Shown in pieces: positions 22,351-32,030 of a stretch of DNA of 64,000 bases. Made by a program: the position numbers and the translations under genes. The DNA is from Bacteroidaceae bacterium. GTDB lineage: Bacteria > Bacteroidota > Bacteroidia > Bacteroidales > Bacteroidaceae. The notes beneath the pieces were generated by a model. That model searched no databases and had not been told where the DNA came from. It saw only the letters and a list, made by a program, of their open reading frames with translations. Each line of letters starts with the position of its first letter. The first letter of the stretch is position 1. The stretch is from positions 26,463 through 90,462 of the forward strand of contig JAFYMP010000044.1 of assembly GCA_017556585.1 (NCBI GenBank), in the 5' to 3' direction.

Positions 22351-24300
22351 ATGGCGTTAACAGATAGCAAGAAAATTATAGAGAAATATGGTTTTTGGAT
22401 CTATTCATTGCTTTTGGCTATTATTGTATTTTACACTTTAGGAGTGGAATACAACGAATGGCTTATAAGAATAGAATCAAAATCGTTGTTTATTTACAAT
22501 AGTGACTTTTTTAAAGAGACGGTGCTTGTCCCTACAGGATTGTTAAGCTACATATCGCTGTTCTTAACACAGTTTTTGCATTCGCCACTGATAGGTGCAA
22601 CCATTTTCACATTGTTGCTGTTTTTTTCGGCTTTTATTACAAAAGTCGCATATAACATTTCCGACAGAGATTCTATAATTGCATTTCTGCCTGCAGTGCT
22701 TATACTGATTATAAACGGCAGCATAGGTTATGCCCTTTACACACTTAAATCACCGGGATTCTTCTTTATGCCTGTTTTGGGTTATGCCATTTCCACCACA
22801 GCAGTATGGGGCATAAGTAGAATTAAATCGCCGGTACTATCAATCCCGGCTATTATAATCTGGTGTTTTTTGGGTTATTTAAGTTTTGGTATATATGCGT
22901 TAGCGGCAACAGTAGCTGTCACGGTTGTTCAGTACAAACGTGAATGTATCAATGTAGCCAGAATAGCAATCCTCCTGTTTGCTGTAATATTCTTAGTGTT
23001 TACTCCGCTGATTACGTATAATCTGACAACAACAGTAAGTTCCGTTTCCAAAACGTTTTTGTTAGGAATTCCAAATCTCACCGCAGGACAACACAGCTCT
23101 GTTTTCGGTACAGCATTTGCCATACTTATTGCTATTCAGATTGCACTTTCCATATACAAACCACTACCACAAGCAAAAGCGCCAAGTTACCTGTTTATGC
23201 AAAGTGGTATTTTGATTATATATCTGCTTTCCGCATATCTTTGCTGGTTTAGAGACCCAAATTTCAAGGCAGAGATAGCAATGTCGAATGCCATTGACAA
23301 CAACAATTGGAAAGAGGTATGCAACATTCACAAAGAGATTTCTGACAAATACATAAACAGTGACAGAAAGGCATACGAAAAACTTTCTGCAAAAGCGAAT
23401 ATAGCCACATCGCCTGCTGAACTTGAAAATCTTATAGAAGAGACGAAGGGCAAATTCTACGAACCAAGTCGTATGATGGTTCAATTTAAGAATCTGGCAC
23501 TTGTAAAATTAGGAACAGAGGCTAACCAGGCTTTTGCATATAAAGATGGAGGACGTATTCAAAAGTTCAAGAACACTATTCCTATAGCTCTGCAATGCGG
23601 CAAGCAGTTATATCTGCATTACGGATTACCTTTTTTTGCTTACAGATGGTGTATAGAAGAGGCTGTTGAATATGGTTGGAATGTAGATAATTTAAAATAT
23701 GCCACACTATCTTGTATTCTTACCGGCGATTATGGCGTTGCTTGCAAATTTCTGGATAAACTTGATAAAACATTATACCATAAGAGATGGGCAAAAGAGG
23801 TGAGAAAATACATAGACCACCCATCACTAATAGCAGAAGCAGAGCAATTCAAAAGCATAAAGCAGTTAATGTGTTATGACAGTACACTGGACAACGACAA
23901 TGCTGTAATTGAGTCATATCTCATTAAACATTTTACTACACACAGGCCACAAAATGCAACTCCTCAGTTTGACAAAGTTGCTATGCTATGGGCATTGCAG
24001 ACACAAGACATTGCTACTTTTTGGAAATGTTTCTCTAATTACATTCAGACAAACGATACACAAAAGATGCCTCGTTACTATCAAGAGGCCGCCCTACTCT
24101 ACGGCAATCTTGAAAAGAGTGTCAATATAAGCAATATGCCTTTCGATAAGGCTGTACTTACATCGTATGAGAATTTCAACAGATTCTCTTCCGGTCACGC
24201 GGTACGTTCTATTGAGGTTTCACGTTTTCCATATTCAGAACGATTTGGAAACACTTTCTACTTTTACTACTATTTCATTAGGAACTTGAATACTTATTGA
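22351..24300 (+). CDS. large polytopic membrane protein, DUF6057-like (uncharacterised)
   Basis: 649 aa. About 9-10 hydrophobic helices in the first ~300 aa, then a ~350-aa helical soluble region. The family assignment is from memory of the N-terminal pattern (LF.YNSDFF...PTGLLSY..LFLTQF) and was not searched. Confidence 0.55.
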   Translation: MALTDSKKIIEKYGFWIYSLLLAIIVFYTLGVEYNEWLIRIESKSLFIYNSDFFKETVLVPTGLLSYISLFLTQFLHSPLIGATIFTLLLFFSAFITKVAYNISDRDSIIAFLPAVLILIINGSIGYALYTLKSPGFFFMPVLGYAISTTAVWGISRIKSPVLSIPAIIIWCFLGYLSFGIYALAATVAVTVVQYKRECINVARIAILLFAVIFLVFTPLITYNLTTTVSSVSKTFLLGIPNLTAGQHSSVFGTAFAILIAIQIALSIYKPLPQAKAPSYLFMQSGILIIYLLSAYLCWFRDPNFKAEIAMSNAIDNNNWKEVCNIHKEISDKYINSDRKAYEKLSAKANIATSPAELENLIEETKGKFYEPSRMMVQFKNLALVKLGTEANQAFAYKDGGRIQKFKNTIPIALQCGKQLYLHYGLPFFAYRWCIEEAVEYGWNVDNLKYATLSCILTGDYGVACKFLDKLDKTLYHKRWAKEVRKYIDHPSLIAEAEQFKSIKQLMCYDSTLDNDNAVIESYLIKHFTTHRPQNATPQFDKVAMLWALQTQDIATFWKCFSNYIQTNDTQKMPRYYQEAALLYGNLEKSVNISNMPFDKAVLTSYENFNRFSSGHAVRSIEVSRFPYSERFGNTFYFYYYFIRNLNTY

Positions 24301-24303
24301 TAT

Positions 24304-25794
24304 ATGAAAAAGATTACACCTTATATATTATTGTCGTTCCTGCTTGCAGCATGTACGGCAAACATACCTCAGAATTTTTCTGAAAGCAAAGAGGCTACAG
24401 AGATTTTTCCGGATTTTTCAAACATTACAATTCCGTCTAACATTGCTCCTCTGAATTTCCAAATTCTGACTGAGGCAGATAAATATGTAACCCGTTTTTC
24501 AAATGGAAGTTATGAATATCTGCAATCGGGCAATACCATAAACATTCCGTTATCCAAATGGGAAAAATTGATGGCAAACAGTAATAAGATAGAGGTAGAT
24601 ATCTACTCATCACACCACGGCAGTTGGGTAAAGCACCCTACATTTACCTGGCAAATAGCAGAAGAAATAGACCCCTACATATCTTACAGACTTATTCCAC
24701 CATCGGTAGAAAGTTACGAAAGACTAAGTATCAATCAGCGTAATCTGACAAATTTTGAAGAGACAGTTATTTACGCCAATTCTATGGTACAGCACGATGA
24801 TAACGGACAGTGTATAAACTGCCATCACTACAAAAATTGGGAGACAGACCAGATGATGTTCCACGCAAGACAGTATTTGGGTGGCACAGTAATCATCAAT
24901 AATGGAGATATGAAGAGAATCAACCTGAAGACCGACTCAACCATATCGGCAGGTGTTTATCCGGCATGGCATCCAACACACAACTACATTGCATTCTCCA
25001 CAAATAAGACACGCCAATCTGTACATACCAATAACAACAATCGTATAGAGGTGTTCGATACAGAAAGCGATCTTATTCTTTACAACATAGACAAAAACAG
25101 CGTAAGCATAGTAGAAAACGATACCGCAGAATTTGAATGTTTTCCGGCCTGGACACCCGACGGTAAAACCCTGTATTACGTTTCAGCCCACTTTGATTAC
25201 GGTTTTGGTTCTGACAGAGAAGAGTATATTGTAAAGAACCACAAGAGCATTCACTACAATCTGTACAAAAAATCGTTCAACCCTGAAACTGCAGCGTGGG
25301 GCAAACCCGAATTGGTTTACGATGCAGCATCAGAAGACAAAAGCATCACTCTGCCAAGAGTATCACCTGACGGTAGATATCTGTTGTTCACTATGGGCGA
25401 TTATGGGGTCTTCCACATTTGGCACAAAGACGCTAATTTATATCTAATGGATTTGCAGAATGGCTCTACACGTGAATTATCCGAAATAAACAGTAGCGAC
25501 GTAGAGAGTTATCACTCTTGGTCCAGCAATGGTAAGTGGATTATTTTCAGTACCAGACGCGATGATGGTGGTTTTACCCGTCTGTACTTATCTCATTTAG
25601 GCGAGGATGGAAAGTTTACAAAAGCATTCCCCATTCCGCAACAATCACCTGACTACAGTACTAATTTTATGTTCTCATACAACATACCTGAATTTATGAA
25701 AGAACCAGTAAGCGTATCTCCAAAAGAGATTGCATCGTTCTTTAAGAATTCAGAAACCATTCAAGCCAATTACACTAAAACCGTCAACGAATAA
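24304..25794 (+). CDS. lipoprotein with a CXXCH heme-binding motif and PD40/TolB-like beta-propeller repeats
   Basis: 496 aa. Lipobox LLAAC. One CINCH motif (NGQCINCHHYK). Repeated PD40-like blades (AWHPTHNYIAFS, AWTPDGKTLYYVS, VSPDGRYLLFT, WSSNGKWIIFS). Starts 3 nt after the upstream gene. Confidence 0.6.
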   Translation: MKKITPYILLSFLLAACTANIPQNFSESKEATEIFPDFSNITIPSNIAPLNFQILTEADKYVTRFSNGSYEYLQSGNTINIPLSKWEKLMANSNKIEVDIYSSHHGSWVKHPTFTWQIAEEIDPYISYRLIPPSVESYERLSINQRNLTNFEETVIYANSMVQHDDNGQCINCHHYKNWETDQMMFHARQYLGGTVIINNGDMKRINLKTDSTISAGVYPAWHPTHNYIAFSTNKTRQSVHTNNNNRIEVFDTESDLILYNIDKNSVSIVENDTAEFECFPAWTPDGKTLYYVSAHFDYGFGSDREEYIVKNHKSIHYNLYKKSFNPETAAWGKPELVYDAASEDKSITLPRVSPDGRYLLFTMGDYGVFHIWHKDANLYLMDLQNGSTRELSEINSSDVESYHSWSSNGKWIIFSTRRDDGGFTRLYLSHLGEDGKFTKAFPIPQQSPDYSTNFMFSYNIPEFMKEPVSVSPKEIASFFKNSETIQANYTKTVNE

Positions 25795-25797
25795 GAG

Positions 25798-26898
25798 ATG
25801 AGATTATTTAGAAGCGTTACACTTTTGTTAATACTGTTATTTGGAGCAAGCACAGATTTGTTTTGTGCAGATCAGTTTGTTGTGGTTTTAGATGCAGGAC
25901 ACGGAGGAAAAGATCCGGGTGCCGTTAATGGCAAGGCACAGGAAAAGAACATCAACCTGAATGTTGCTCTTAAAGTAGGCAAACTTATTGAAGAGAATTG
26001 CAAAGATGTAAAGGTTATATATACAAGAAAGAGTGATACCTTTATAGAATTGAGCAAGCGTGCAGATATTGCAAACAAAGCAGATGCAGATCTGTTTATC
26101 TCTATACATACAAATTCGGCTACAAATAAATCGGCATACGGTGCCGAAACTTTTCTTTTAGGTGTTGAAGAGAACAGGACAAGCGCAAATTTCAATGTAG
26201 CCATAGCAGAGAACAAAGCCATATTGTACGAAAGCGACTACGAAACCACATACGCAGGATACGACCCAAATAGTGCAGAGAGTCAGATTATCTTTGAATT
26301 TATGCAGAATGAGCATCAAAAGGAGAGCCTGAAGTTTGCATCTATTGTACAGAACAGATTGGTTAATACAGCACAAAGGCATAACAGAGGGGTCCATCAG
26401 GCTGGTTTTCTTGTTTTGTGGCGTAGCGCCATGCCAAGCATCCTTATAGAATTGGGATTCATATCGAATGCCAATGATATGAAGTATATGACATCACAAA
26501 AAGGTATGGACGAATTAAGCCAAAGCATATATCTGGCATTCAATGAATATCTGACAGAAACCAGAAACGGTCAAAACAAAACAGCATCGGTTGTTATGGA
26601 AAGTAAGCCGCAAACAGAGGTTATCACAGCCGGTATACCTGTATTCAAAGTGCAGTTCCTTACATCTAAAACTGTTTTAGGTAAAAAAGACAGCCGTTTA
26701 TCCGGCCTATCGGATGTAGAATACTATAAAGATAATGGCCTGTATAAGTACACTTGTGGTGCAACCACCGATTACAATAAGATTCAAGCTACAAAGAAAG
26801 AGGTAAACAAAAAATATAAAGATGCATTTATTGTTGCTTTTTTAGGCGAAAAGAGAATTAGTATTGACGAAGCAAGACGATTAGCCGGCAAGAACTAA
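25798..26898 (+). CDS. N-acetylmuramoyl-L-alanine amidase (Amidase_3) with C-terminal SPOR domain
   Basis: 366 aa with a signal peptide. Motifs VVLDAGHGGKDPGA, SIHTNS and ILIELGFISN. The SPOR-like tail is VFKVQFLTS...AFIVAF. Starts 3 nt after the upstream gene. Confidence 0.85.
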   Translation: MRLFRSVTLLLILLFGASTDLFCADQFVVVLDAGHGGKDPGAVNGKAQEKNINLNVALKVGKLIEENCKDVKVIYTRKSDTFIELSKRADIANKADADLFISIHTNSATNKSAYGAETFLLGVEENRTSANFNVAIAENKAILYESDYETTYAGYDPNSAESQIIFEFMQNEHQKESLKFASIVQNRLVNTAQRHNRGVHQAGFLVLWRSAMPSILIELGFISNANDMKYMTSQKGMDELSQSIYLAFNEYLTETRNGQNKTASVVMESKPQTEVITAGIPVFKVQFLTSKTVLGKKDSRLSGLSDVEYYKDNGLYKYTCGATTDYNKIQATKKEVNKKYKDAFIVAFLGEKRISIDEARRLAGKN

Positions 26899-27222
26899 AA
26901 TAGATTTTGTCTAAATAACACCATATTTTAAAACCTTTATTTATTTTTTCACTTACCCCACTACGCAGTACTTAAAACGGCATTTTTAAAGTTAAAAAAC
27001 AATCCACGCAAAAAGTTATCAACAGGTTAATACCTTGCTTATCAGAACTTTAATTCAAGTCAAGGACTGTTTTTCAACACTAAAACACGATTTTCGCAAA
27101 CCATTAAATAACAAGCACTTACAAAATGCCGTTTTTGGGAGATTAAAAACAGATTTGTAGGAATGAAATAAGATTGCCAATTTTGCATTGCAATTAGAAA
27201 CGAAAGCAAGGAGATATTAACA

Positions 27223-28623
27223 ATGTCAAATAGTGAACTAAATACAAAATGGAACAGTTGTCTTGAGTTTATACAAGATAACGTAGAGCCTATGGTTTGT
27301 GAAACCTGGTTCACTATACTCAAACCTGTAAGTTTAGATAATAACACCTTACTTATAGAAGCTCCAAGTTCTTTTGTTTGTGAATTTATTGAGGAGAACT
27401 ACCTGAATGAATTCCAGGCAGCTGTTTGCAAATATTTTGGTAACCAGATTACTGTAGATTACAAAATAATTGTTGATAAGACAAATTCACAAAGCACTAC
27501 TGTACGTTCACAGGAATTTCAGCCTGCAATCATTAAGAACCAGAAGCCATTAAGCAACACTGCCCCTTCTGCTACAGATGCACCGCAGGTACAGGATTTG
27601 GATTCCATGCTGAACACAAAGTACAGTTTCAGCAATTTCATTGAGGGTTACAGCAACAAAATGGCAAGAATAGCCGGTGAGACTATTGCTCAGAATCCCG
27701 GAAGCACCTCTTTTAACCCACTTTTCATACATGGTTCATCCGGTGTAGGTAAAACTCACCTTCTGAATGCTATTGGTATGAAAGTAAAAGAGCTGCACCC
27801 AGACAAAAGAGTACTATACGTGTCTTCACATCTGTTCCATATACAGTATATAGATGCTATAAGAAGCAACAATATCAACGATTTCATTCACTTCTATCAA
27901 ACTATAGATGTACTTATCATAGACGATATGCAAGAATTGTCTGGCTTTCCTAAGACCACAAATACATTCTTCCATATATTTAATCACCTGCATCAAAACC
28001 GCAAGCAGTTGATTATGTCTTGTGACAGACACCCTAAAGATTTAAAAGATATTGAAGAGAGAATGATTACCAGATTCAAATGGGGACTGGTTACTGAATT
28101 AGAAAAACCGGATCTTAAGTTAAGAAAAGACATTCTAAGAGACAAAACTTCAAGAGATGGATTGGTTGTAAACGACGAAGTTATAGATTATGCTGCAGAA
28201 AACATCACAGGCAGCGTAAGAGACTTAGAAGGCTTTATAGCTTCACTTATGGCCCACTCTACTTTCTACAATAAGGAGATAAATTTAGAACTCACACAGG
28301 ATATTCTAAACAAGAACAGCAAGAAAGAAGAAAAGCCTATCACCATTGAATCAATCATAAATACAGTTTGTGATTATTACGATGTTGATATTGATGCCAT
28401 TCAAACCAAATCCAGAAAACATGAAGTGGTTCAGGTAAGACAAATCAGCATGTATTTGGCAAAAAAACATCTGGACTTCTCAACATCAAAAATTGGTGCT
28501 TACATAGGCAAAAGAGACCACGCCACAGTTTTGCATGCTTGCAATATGGTAAAAGACCAGTTACAAGTTGACAAAAACTTTAGAAAAGATATGGAAAATA
28601 TTGAGAGTTCTCTTAAGTCTTAA
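27223..28623 (+). CDS. dnaA: chromosomal replication initiator protein DnaA
   Basis: 466 aa. Walker A GSSGVGKTHL, Walker B LIIDDMQ, and the domain IV DNA-binding helix RDHATVLHACNMV. Confidence 0.97.
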   Translation: MSNSELNTKWNSCLEFIQDNVEPMVCETWFTILKPVSLDNNTLLIEAPSSFVCEFIEENYLNEFQAAVCKYFGNQITVDYKIIVDKTNSQSTTVRSQEFQPAIIKNQKPLSNTAPSATDAPQVQDLDSMLNTKYSFSNFIEGYSNKMARIAGETIAQNPGSTSFNPLFIHGSSGVGKTHLLNAIGMKVKELHPDKRVLYVSSHLFHIQYIDAIRSNNINDFIHFYQTIDVLIIDDMQELSGFPKTTNTFFHIFNHLHQNRKQLIMSCDRHPKDLKDIEERMITRFKWGLVTELEKPDLKLRKDILRDKTSRDGLVVNDEVIDYAAENITGSVRDLEGFIASLMAHSTFYNKEINLELTQDILNKNSKKEEKPITIESIINTVCDYYDVDIDAIQTKSRKHEVVQVRQISMYLAKKHLDFSTSKIGAYIGKRDHATVLHACNMVKDQLQVDKNFRKDMENIESSLKS

Positions 28624-28654
28624 TTCAACACGAACAACAAAATAGCAACATACA

Positions 28655-28690
28655 ATCCGGAGAACAAAACATTCTTCGGATTTTTCTTTT
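28655..28690 (+). terminator. intrinsic terminator after dnaA
   Basis: ATCCGGAGAA / TTCTTCGGAT forms a 10-bp stem (one G-U) with a 7-nt loop, followed by TTTTTCTTTT. Confidence 0.7.
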
Positions 28691-28868
28691 ATTTCACATC
28701 GGCATTTTACACAAAACAAGATAAAGCCACAATAGCGCAAAACACAAAAATTTCACATTTCGGAAAACTTTTTAATGTAAGTTATTTTTTAATTACCTAT
28801 TAATCACATATTTAAAATTACAAAACGGAAAACTTTTAAAATTGTTGATAACTATTTTTAAGAAATCT

Positions 28869-28898
28869 TTTGCAGTTATAATAGTATCATTATCTTTG
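28869..28898 (+). promoter_or_regulatory. candidate -33/-7 promoter for nrdJ
   Basis: TTTG at 28869-28872 and TATCTTTG at 28891-28898, with an 18-nt spacer. It lies 67 nt upstream of the ATG at 28966. Confidence 0.45.
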
Positions 28899-28965
28899 TC
28901 GTCGCTTAGCAGTAGTGCAGCACCTAATTACGCAAAACAAACAAAAGAACAAATATAAAACAACA

Positions 28966-31533
28966 ATGGCCAAACAACAAACTTACACTTTCGAAGAAGC
29001 ATTTAAAGCTTCCATCGAATACTTTGGCGGCGACGAATTGGCTGCTAAAGTATGGGTAAACAAGTATGCCGTTAAGGATTCATTCGGAAACATATTCGAA
29101 AAGACTCCTGACGATATGCATTGGAGAATTGCTAACGAAGTTGCAAGAATTGAGGCTCGTTACAAGAATCCTATCAGCGCAGAAGAGCTTCACGATCTCT
29201 TCAAAGGCTTTAAGCACATTGTACCACAGGGTAGCCCTATGACAGGTATTGGAAATGACTTCCAGATTGCATCACTTTCAAACTGTTTTGTAATAGGTAA
29301 TGACGGAGCTGCCGATTCGTATGGTGCTATTATCAAAATTGACGAAGAACAGGTACAGTTAATGAAACGCCGTGGTGGCGTAGGTCACGACCTTTCACAC
29401 ATTCGTCCAAAAGGTTCTCCTGTAAAGAATTCAGCACTGACTTCTACAGGTTTGGTTCCATTCATGGAACGTTATTCCAATTCAACCCGCGAAGTTGCAC
29501 AAGACGGCCGTAGAGGCGCACTTATGCTGAGTGTAAGCATTAAGCATCCTGATTCAGAATCGTTTATAGATGCTAAAATGACTAGCGGTAAGGTTACAGG
29601 TGCAAATGTATCTGTAAAGATAGACGATGCTTTTATGCAGGCAGCCATTGAAGGTAAACCATATACACAGGCTTATCCTATAGACTCTGCAAACCCTACA
29701 TATACCAAAGACATTGACGCTTCTGCACTTTGGAAGAAGATTGTTCACAATGCTTGGAAATCGGCAGAGCCGGGTGTTCTTTTCTGGGATACCATAACAA
29801 GAGAATCAGTTCCTGATTGTTACGCAGACCTTGGTTTCCGCACAGTCAGCACCAACCCTTGCGGAGAAATTCCACTTTGCCCATACGACTCCTGTCGTCT
29901 GTTGGCTATCAATCTATATTCATACGTTGTTAATCCATTCAAAGAGAATGCTTACTTTGATTTTGATTTGTTCAAGAAGCACGTTGCACTTGCACAGCGT
30001 ATTATGGACGATATAATCGACCTTGAAATTGAAAAGATTGAAAAGATTCTTGCTAAGATTGAAAGCGATCCTGAAGGCGAAGATATTAAACGTACCGAAA
30101 GAGAACTCTGGCACAAAATTATGCGTAAGAGTACTATGGGACGTCGTACCGGCGTTGGTATCACAGCAGAAGGCGATATGATTGCGGCTATGGGCTTGCG
30201 TTATGGTACAGAAGAGGCTACAGCATTTGCTGAAAAAGTTCAGAGTACACTGGCTATAGAGGCTTATCGTTCTTCTGTAAATATGGCTAAAGAACGTGGA
30301 GCATTCGAAGTTTTCGATTGGAAACGAGAAGAAGCAAATCCATTTATCGGCCGTATTCGCGAAGCAGATCCTGCTTTATACGAAGATATGAAAAAGTATG
30401 GCCGTCGTAACATTGCTTGTTTGACTATCGCTCCTACAGGTACCGTTAGCTTGATGACACAGACAACATCTGGTTTGGAACCAGTATTTATGCCTGTCTA
30501 TAAACGTCGCCGTAAAGTTAACAGCGAAGACGAAAATGCAAACGTAACATTCCACGACGAAAATGGCGATGCATTCGAAGAGTTTGTAGTATATCACCAC
30601 AAGTTTGTAGAATGGATGAAAGCCAACGGCATAGACCACACAAAGCAGTATTCACAGGAAGAGCTTGACGAACTTGTTGCACGTTCACCATATCACAAAG
30701 CAACTGCACAGGACGTTGACTGGGTTAACAAAGTGAAGATGCAGGGTGCACTCCAAAAGTGGGTTGACCATTCAATCAGTGTAACCATTAACTTACCGGC
30801 CGATGTTTCAGAGGAACTTGTAAATGAACTCTACGTAGAGGCTTGGAAGTGCGGTTGTAAAGGTTGTACCGTATATCGTGACGGTTCACGCGACGGCGTA
30901 TTGGTAGATGTCAAGAGCGACAAGAAAAAAGCAGCAGAAAGCAAAGAGCCTACTATGGCTCCTGGCGATTGTCATCCAAGAGAGGTTGTAGAGACCCGTC
31001 CAAGAGTATTGGAAGCCGATGTGGTACGTTTCCAAAACAACAAAGAGAAGTGGGTAGCATTTGTTGGTCTGCTAAATGGACGTCCATACGAAATATTCAC
31101 CGGTCTGCAGGACGACGAAGAGGGAATTATGCTTCCAAAGACTGTAGAAAAGGGTCAGATTGTAAAGAATGTCGATGAAAACGGCGTAAAACGTTACGAT
31201 TTCCAATTTACAAATAAACGCGGATACAAAATCACTATTGAAGGTCTGTCAGAGAAATTCGACAAAGAGTATTGGAACTACGCAAAACTGATTTCAGGTG
31301 TATTGCGTTACCAGATGCCTGTTGATCTCTGTATGAAACTTATCGGTTCTCTGGATTTGGGTAGCGAAAACATCAACAACTGGAAGAATGGTGTAGAACG
31401 CGCGCTCAAGAAATATATCCAGGACGGAACTCAGGTAAGCGGTGAGAAATGTTCCGTTTGCGGTTCAGAATCTTTGGTTTACCAGGAAGGTTGCCTGATT
31501 TGCAAGAACTGCGGTTCATCACGTTGCGGATAA
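28966..31533 (+). CDS. nrdJ: adenosylcobalamin-dependent (class II) ribonucleotide reductase
   Basis: Active-site motif NPCGEIPL, and a C-terminal Cys4 ribbon CSVCGSESLVYQEGCLICKNCG. The track ORF starts at GTG 28915, which lies upstream of a sensible leader. I prefer the ATG at 28966 (MAKQQTYTFEEAF). Confidence 0.88.
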   Translation: MAKQQTYTFEEAFKASIEYFGGDELAAKVWVNKYAVKDSFGNIFEKTPDDMHWRIANEVARIEARYKNPISAEELHDLFKGFKHIVPQGSPMTGIGNDFQIASLSNCFVIGNDGAADSYGAIIKIDEEQVQLMKRRGGVGHDLSHIRPKGSPVKNSALTSTGLVPFMERYSNSTREVAQDGRRGALMLSVSIKHPDSESFIDAKMTSGKVTGANVSVKIDDAFMQAAIEGKPYTQAYPIDSANPTYTKDIDASALWKKIVHNAWKSAEPGVLFWDTITRESVPDCYADLGFRTVSTNPCGEIPLCPYDSCRLLAINLYSYVVNPFKENAYFDFDLFKKHVALAQRIMDDIIDLEIEKIEKILAKIESDPEGEDIKRTERELWHKIMRKSTMGRRTGVGITAEGDMIAAMGLRYGTEEATAFAEKVQSTLAIEAYRSSVNMAKERGAFEVFDWKREEANPFIGRIREADPALYEDMKKYGRRNIACLTIAPTGTVSLMTQTTSGLEPVFMPVYKRRRKVNSEDENANVTFHDENGDAFEEFVVYHHKFVEWMKANGIDHTKQYSQEELDELVARSPYHKATAQDVDWVNKVKMQGALQKWVDHSISVTINLPADVSEELVNELYVEAWKCGCKGCTVYRDGSRDGVLVDVKSDKKKAAESKEPTMAPGDCHPREVVETRPRVLEADVVRFQNNKEKWVAFVGLLNGRPYEIFTGLQDDEEGIMLPKTVEKGQIVKNVDENGVKRYDFQFTNKRGYKITIEGLSEKFDKEYWNYAKLISGVLRYQMPVDLCMKLIGSLDLGSENINNWKNGVERALKKYIQDGTQVSGEKCSVCGSESLVYQEGCLICKNCGSSRCG

Positions 31534-31560
31534 ACACACAACACAAACATACTCAAATAG

Positions 31561-31587
31561 AAATGGTCGGTTAAACACCGACCATTT
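31561..31587 (+). terminator. intrinsic terminator after nrdJ
   Basis: AAATGGTCGGT / ACCGACCATTT forms an 11-bp perfect stem with a 5-nt loop, followed by CTTATTT. Confidence 0.65.
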
Positions 31588-31651
31588 CTTATTTGAGCTG
31601 TTTGTCTATCCTTATCTATAAGGCTTCCTACGGAAGCGCGCTTCGCGCCAA

Positions 31652-32014
31652 TTAATCACCTGCTTCTACTGTGATTGAGGCAGAACCACACTCTGCACAT
31701 ACGGGTGGATTCTCCTTCGCTATAGTAAAGCTAAGGCGTTGCAATGCAGGAAACTCCTGTTGCAGACGCTGCACTACCCTACCCGCTACATGCTCCATTA
31801 GTTTTGACGGTACTTGCATCTCCTCCTTTATAATCCTGGCTGCCTGAGCATAATTAAGTGTATCAGATAGTTCATCGCTTTGCAAAGAAGCAGTGATATC
31901 TGCATACATATCCAAATTTATCACATACCAAGCGCCTACAGATTGTTCCTGCGGCTCTACACCATGATAAGCATAGAAGCGCAAATTATTCAGAGATATT
32001 TTCTGTACCGACAT
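31652..32014 (-). CDS. folB: dihydroneopterin aldolase
   Basis: 120 aa. FolB-like N-terminus ISLNNLRFYAYHGVEPQEQ and a typical size. Confidence 0.85.
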   Translation of the reverse strand: MSVQKISLNNLRFYAYHGVEPQEQSVGAWYVINLDMYADITASLQSDELSDTLNYAQAARIIKEEMQVPSKLMEHVAGRVVQRLQQEFPALQRLSFTIAKENPPVCAECGSASITVEAGD

Positions 32015-32030
32015 ATACTTTTATTTTTAA

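Noticed and set aside
27172-27185. CAATTTTG upstream of dnaA as a -7 box
   Set aside because: It lacks the TA of TAnnTTTG, so I cannot place the dnaA promoter with confidence.
31621-31650. GC-rich mini-palindromes (CTTCC-TAC-GGAAG, GAAGCGCGCTTC, GCGCG-CTT-CGCGC) after folB
   Set aside because: The stems are only 4-6 bp with triloops, and no T-run follows on either strand. I cannot support calling this a terminator or a regulatory site, though it is compositionally odd for this genome.
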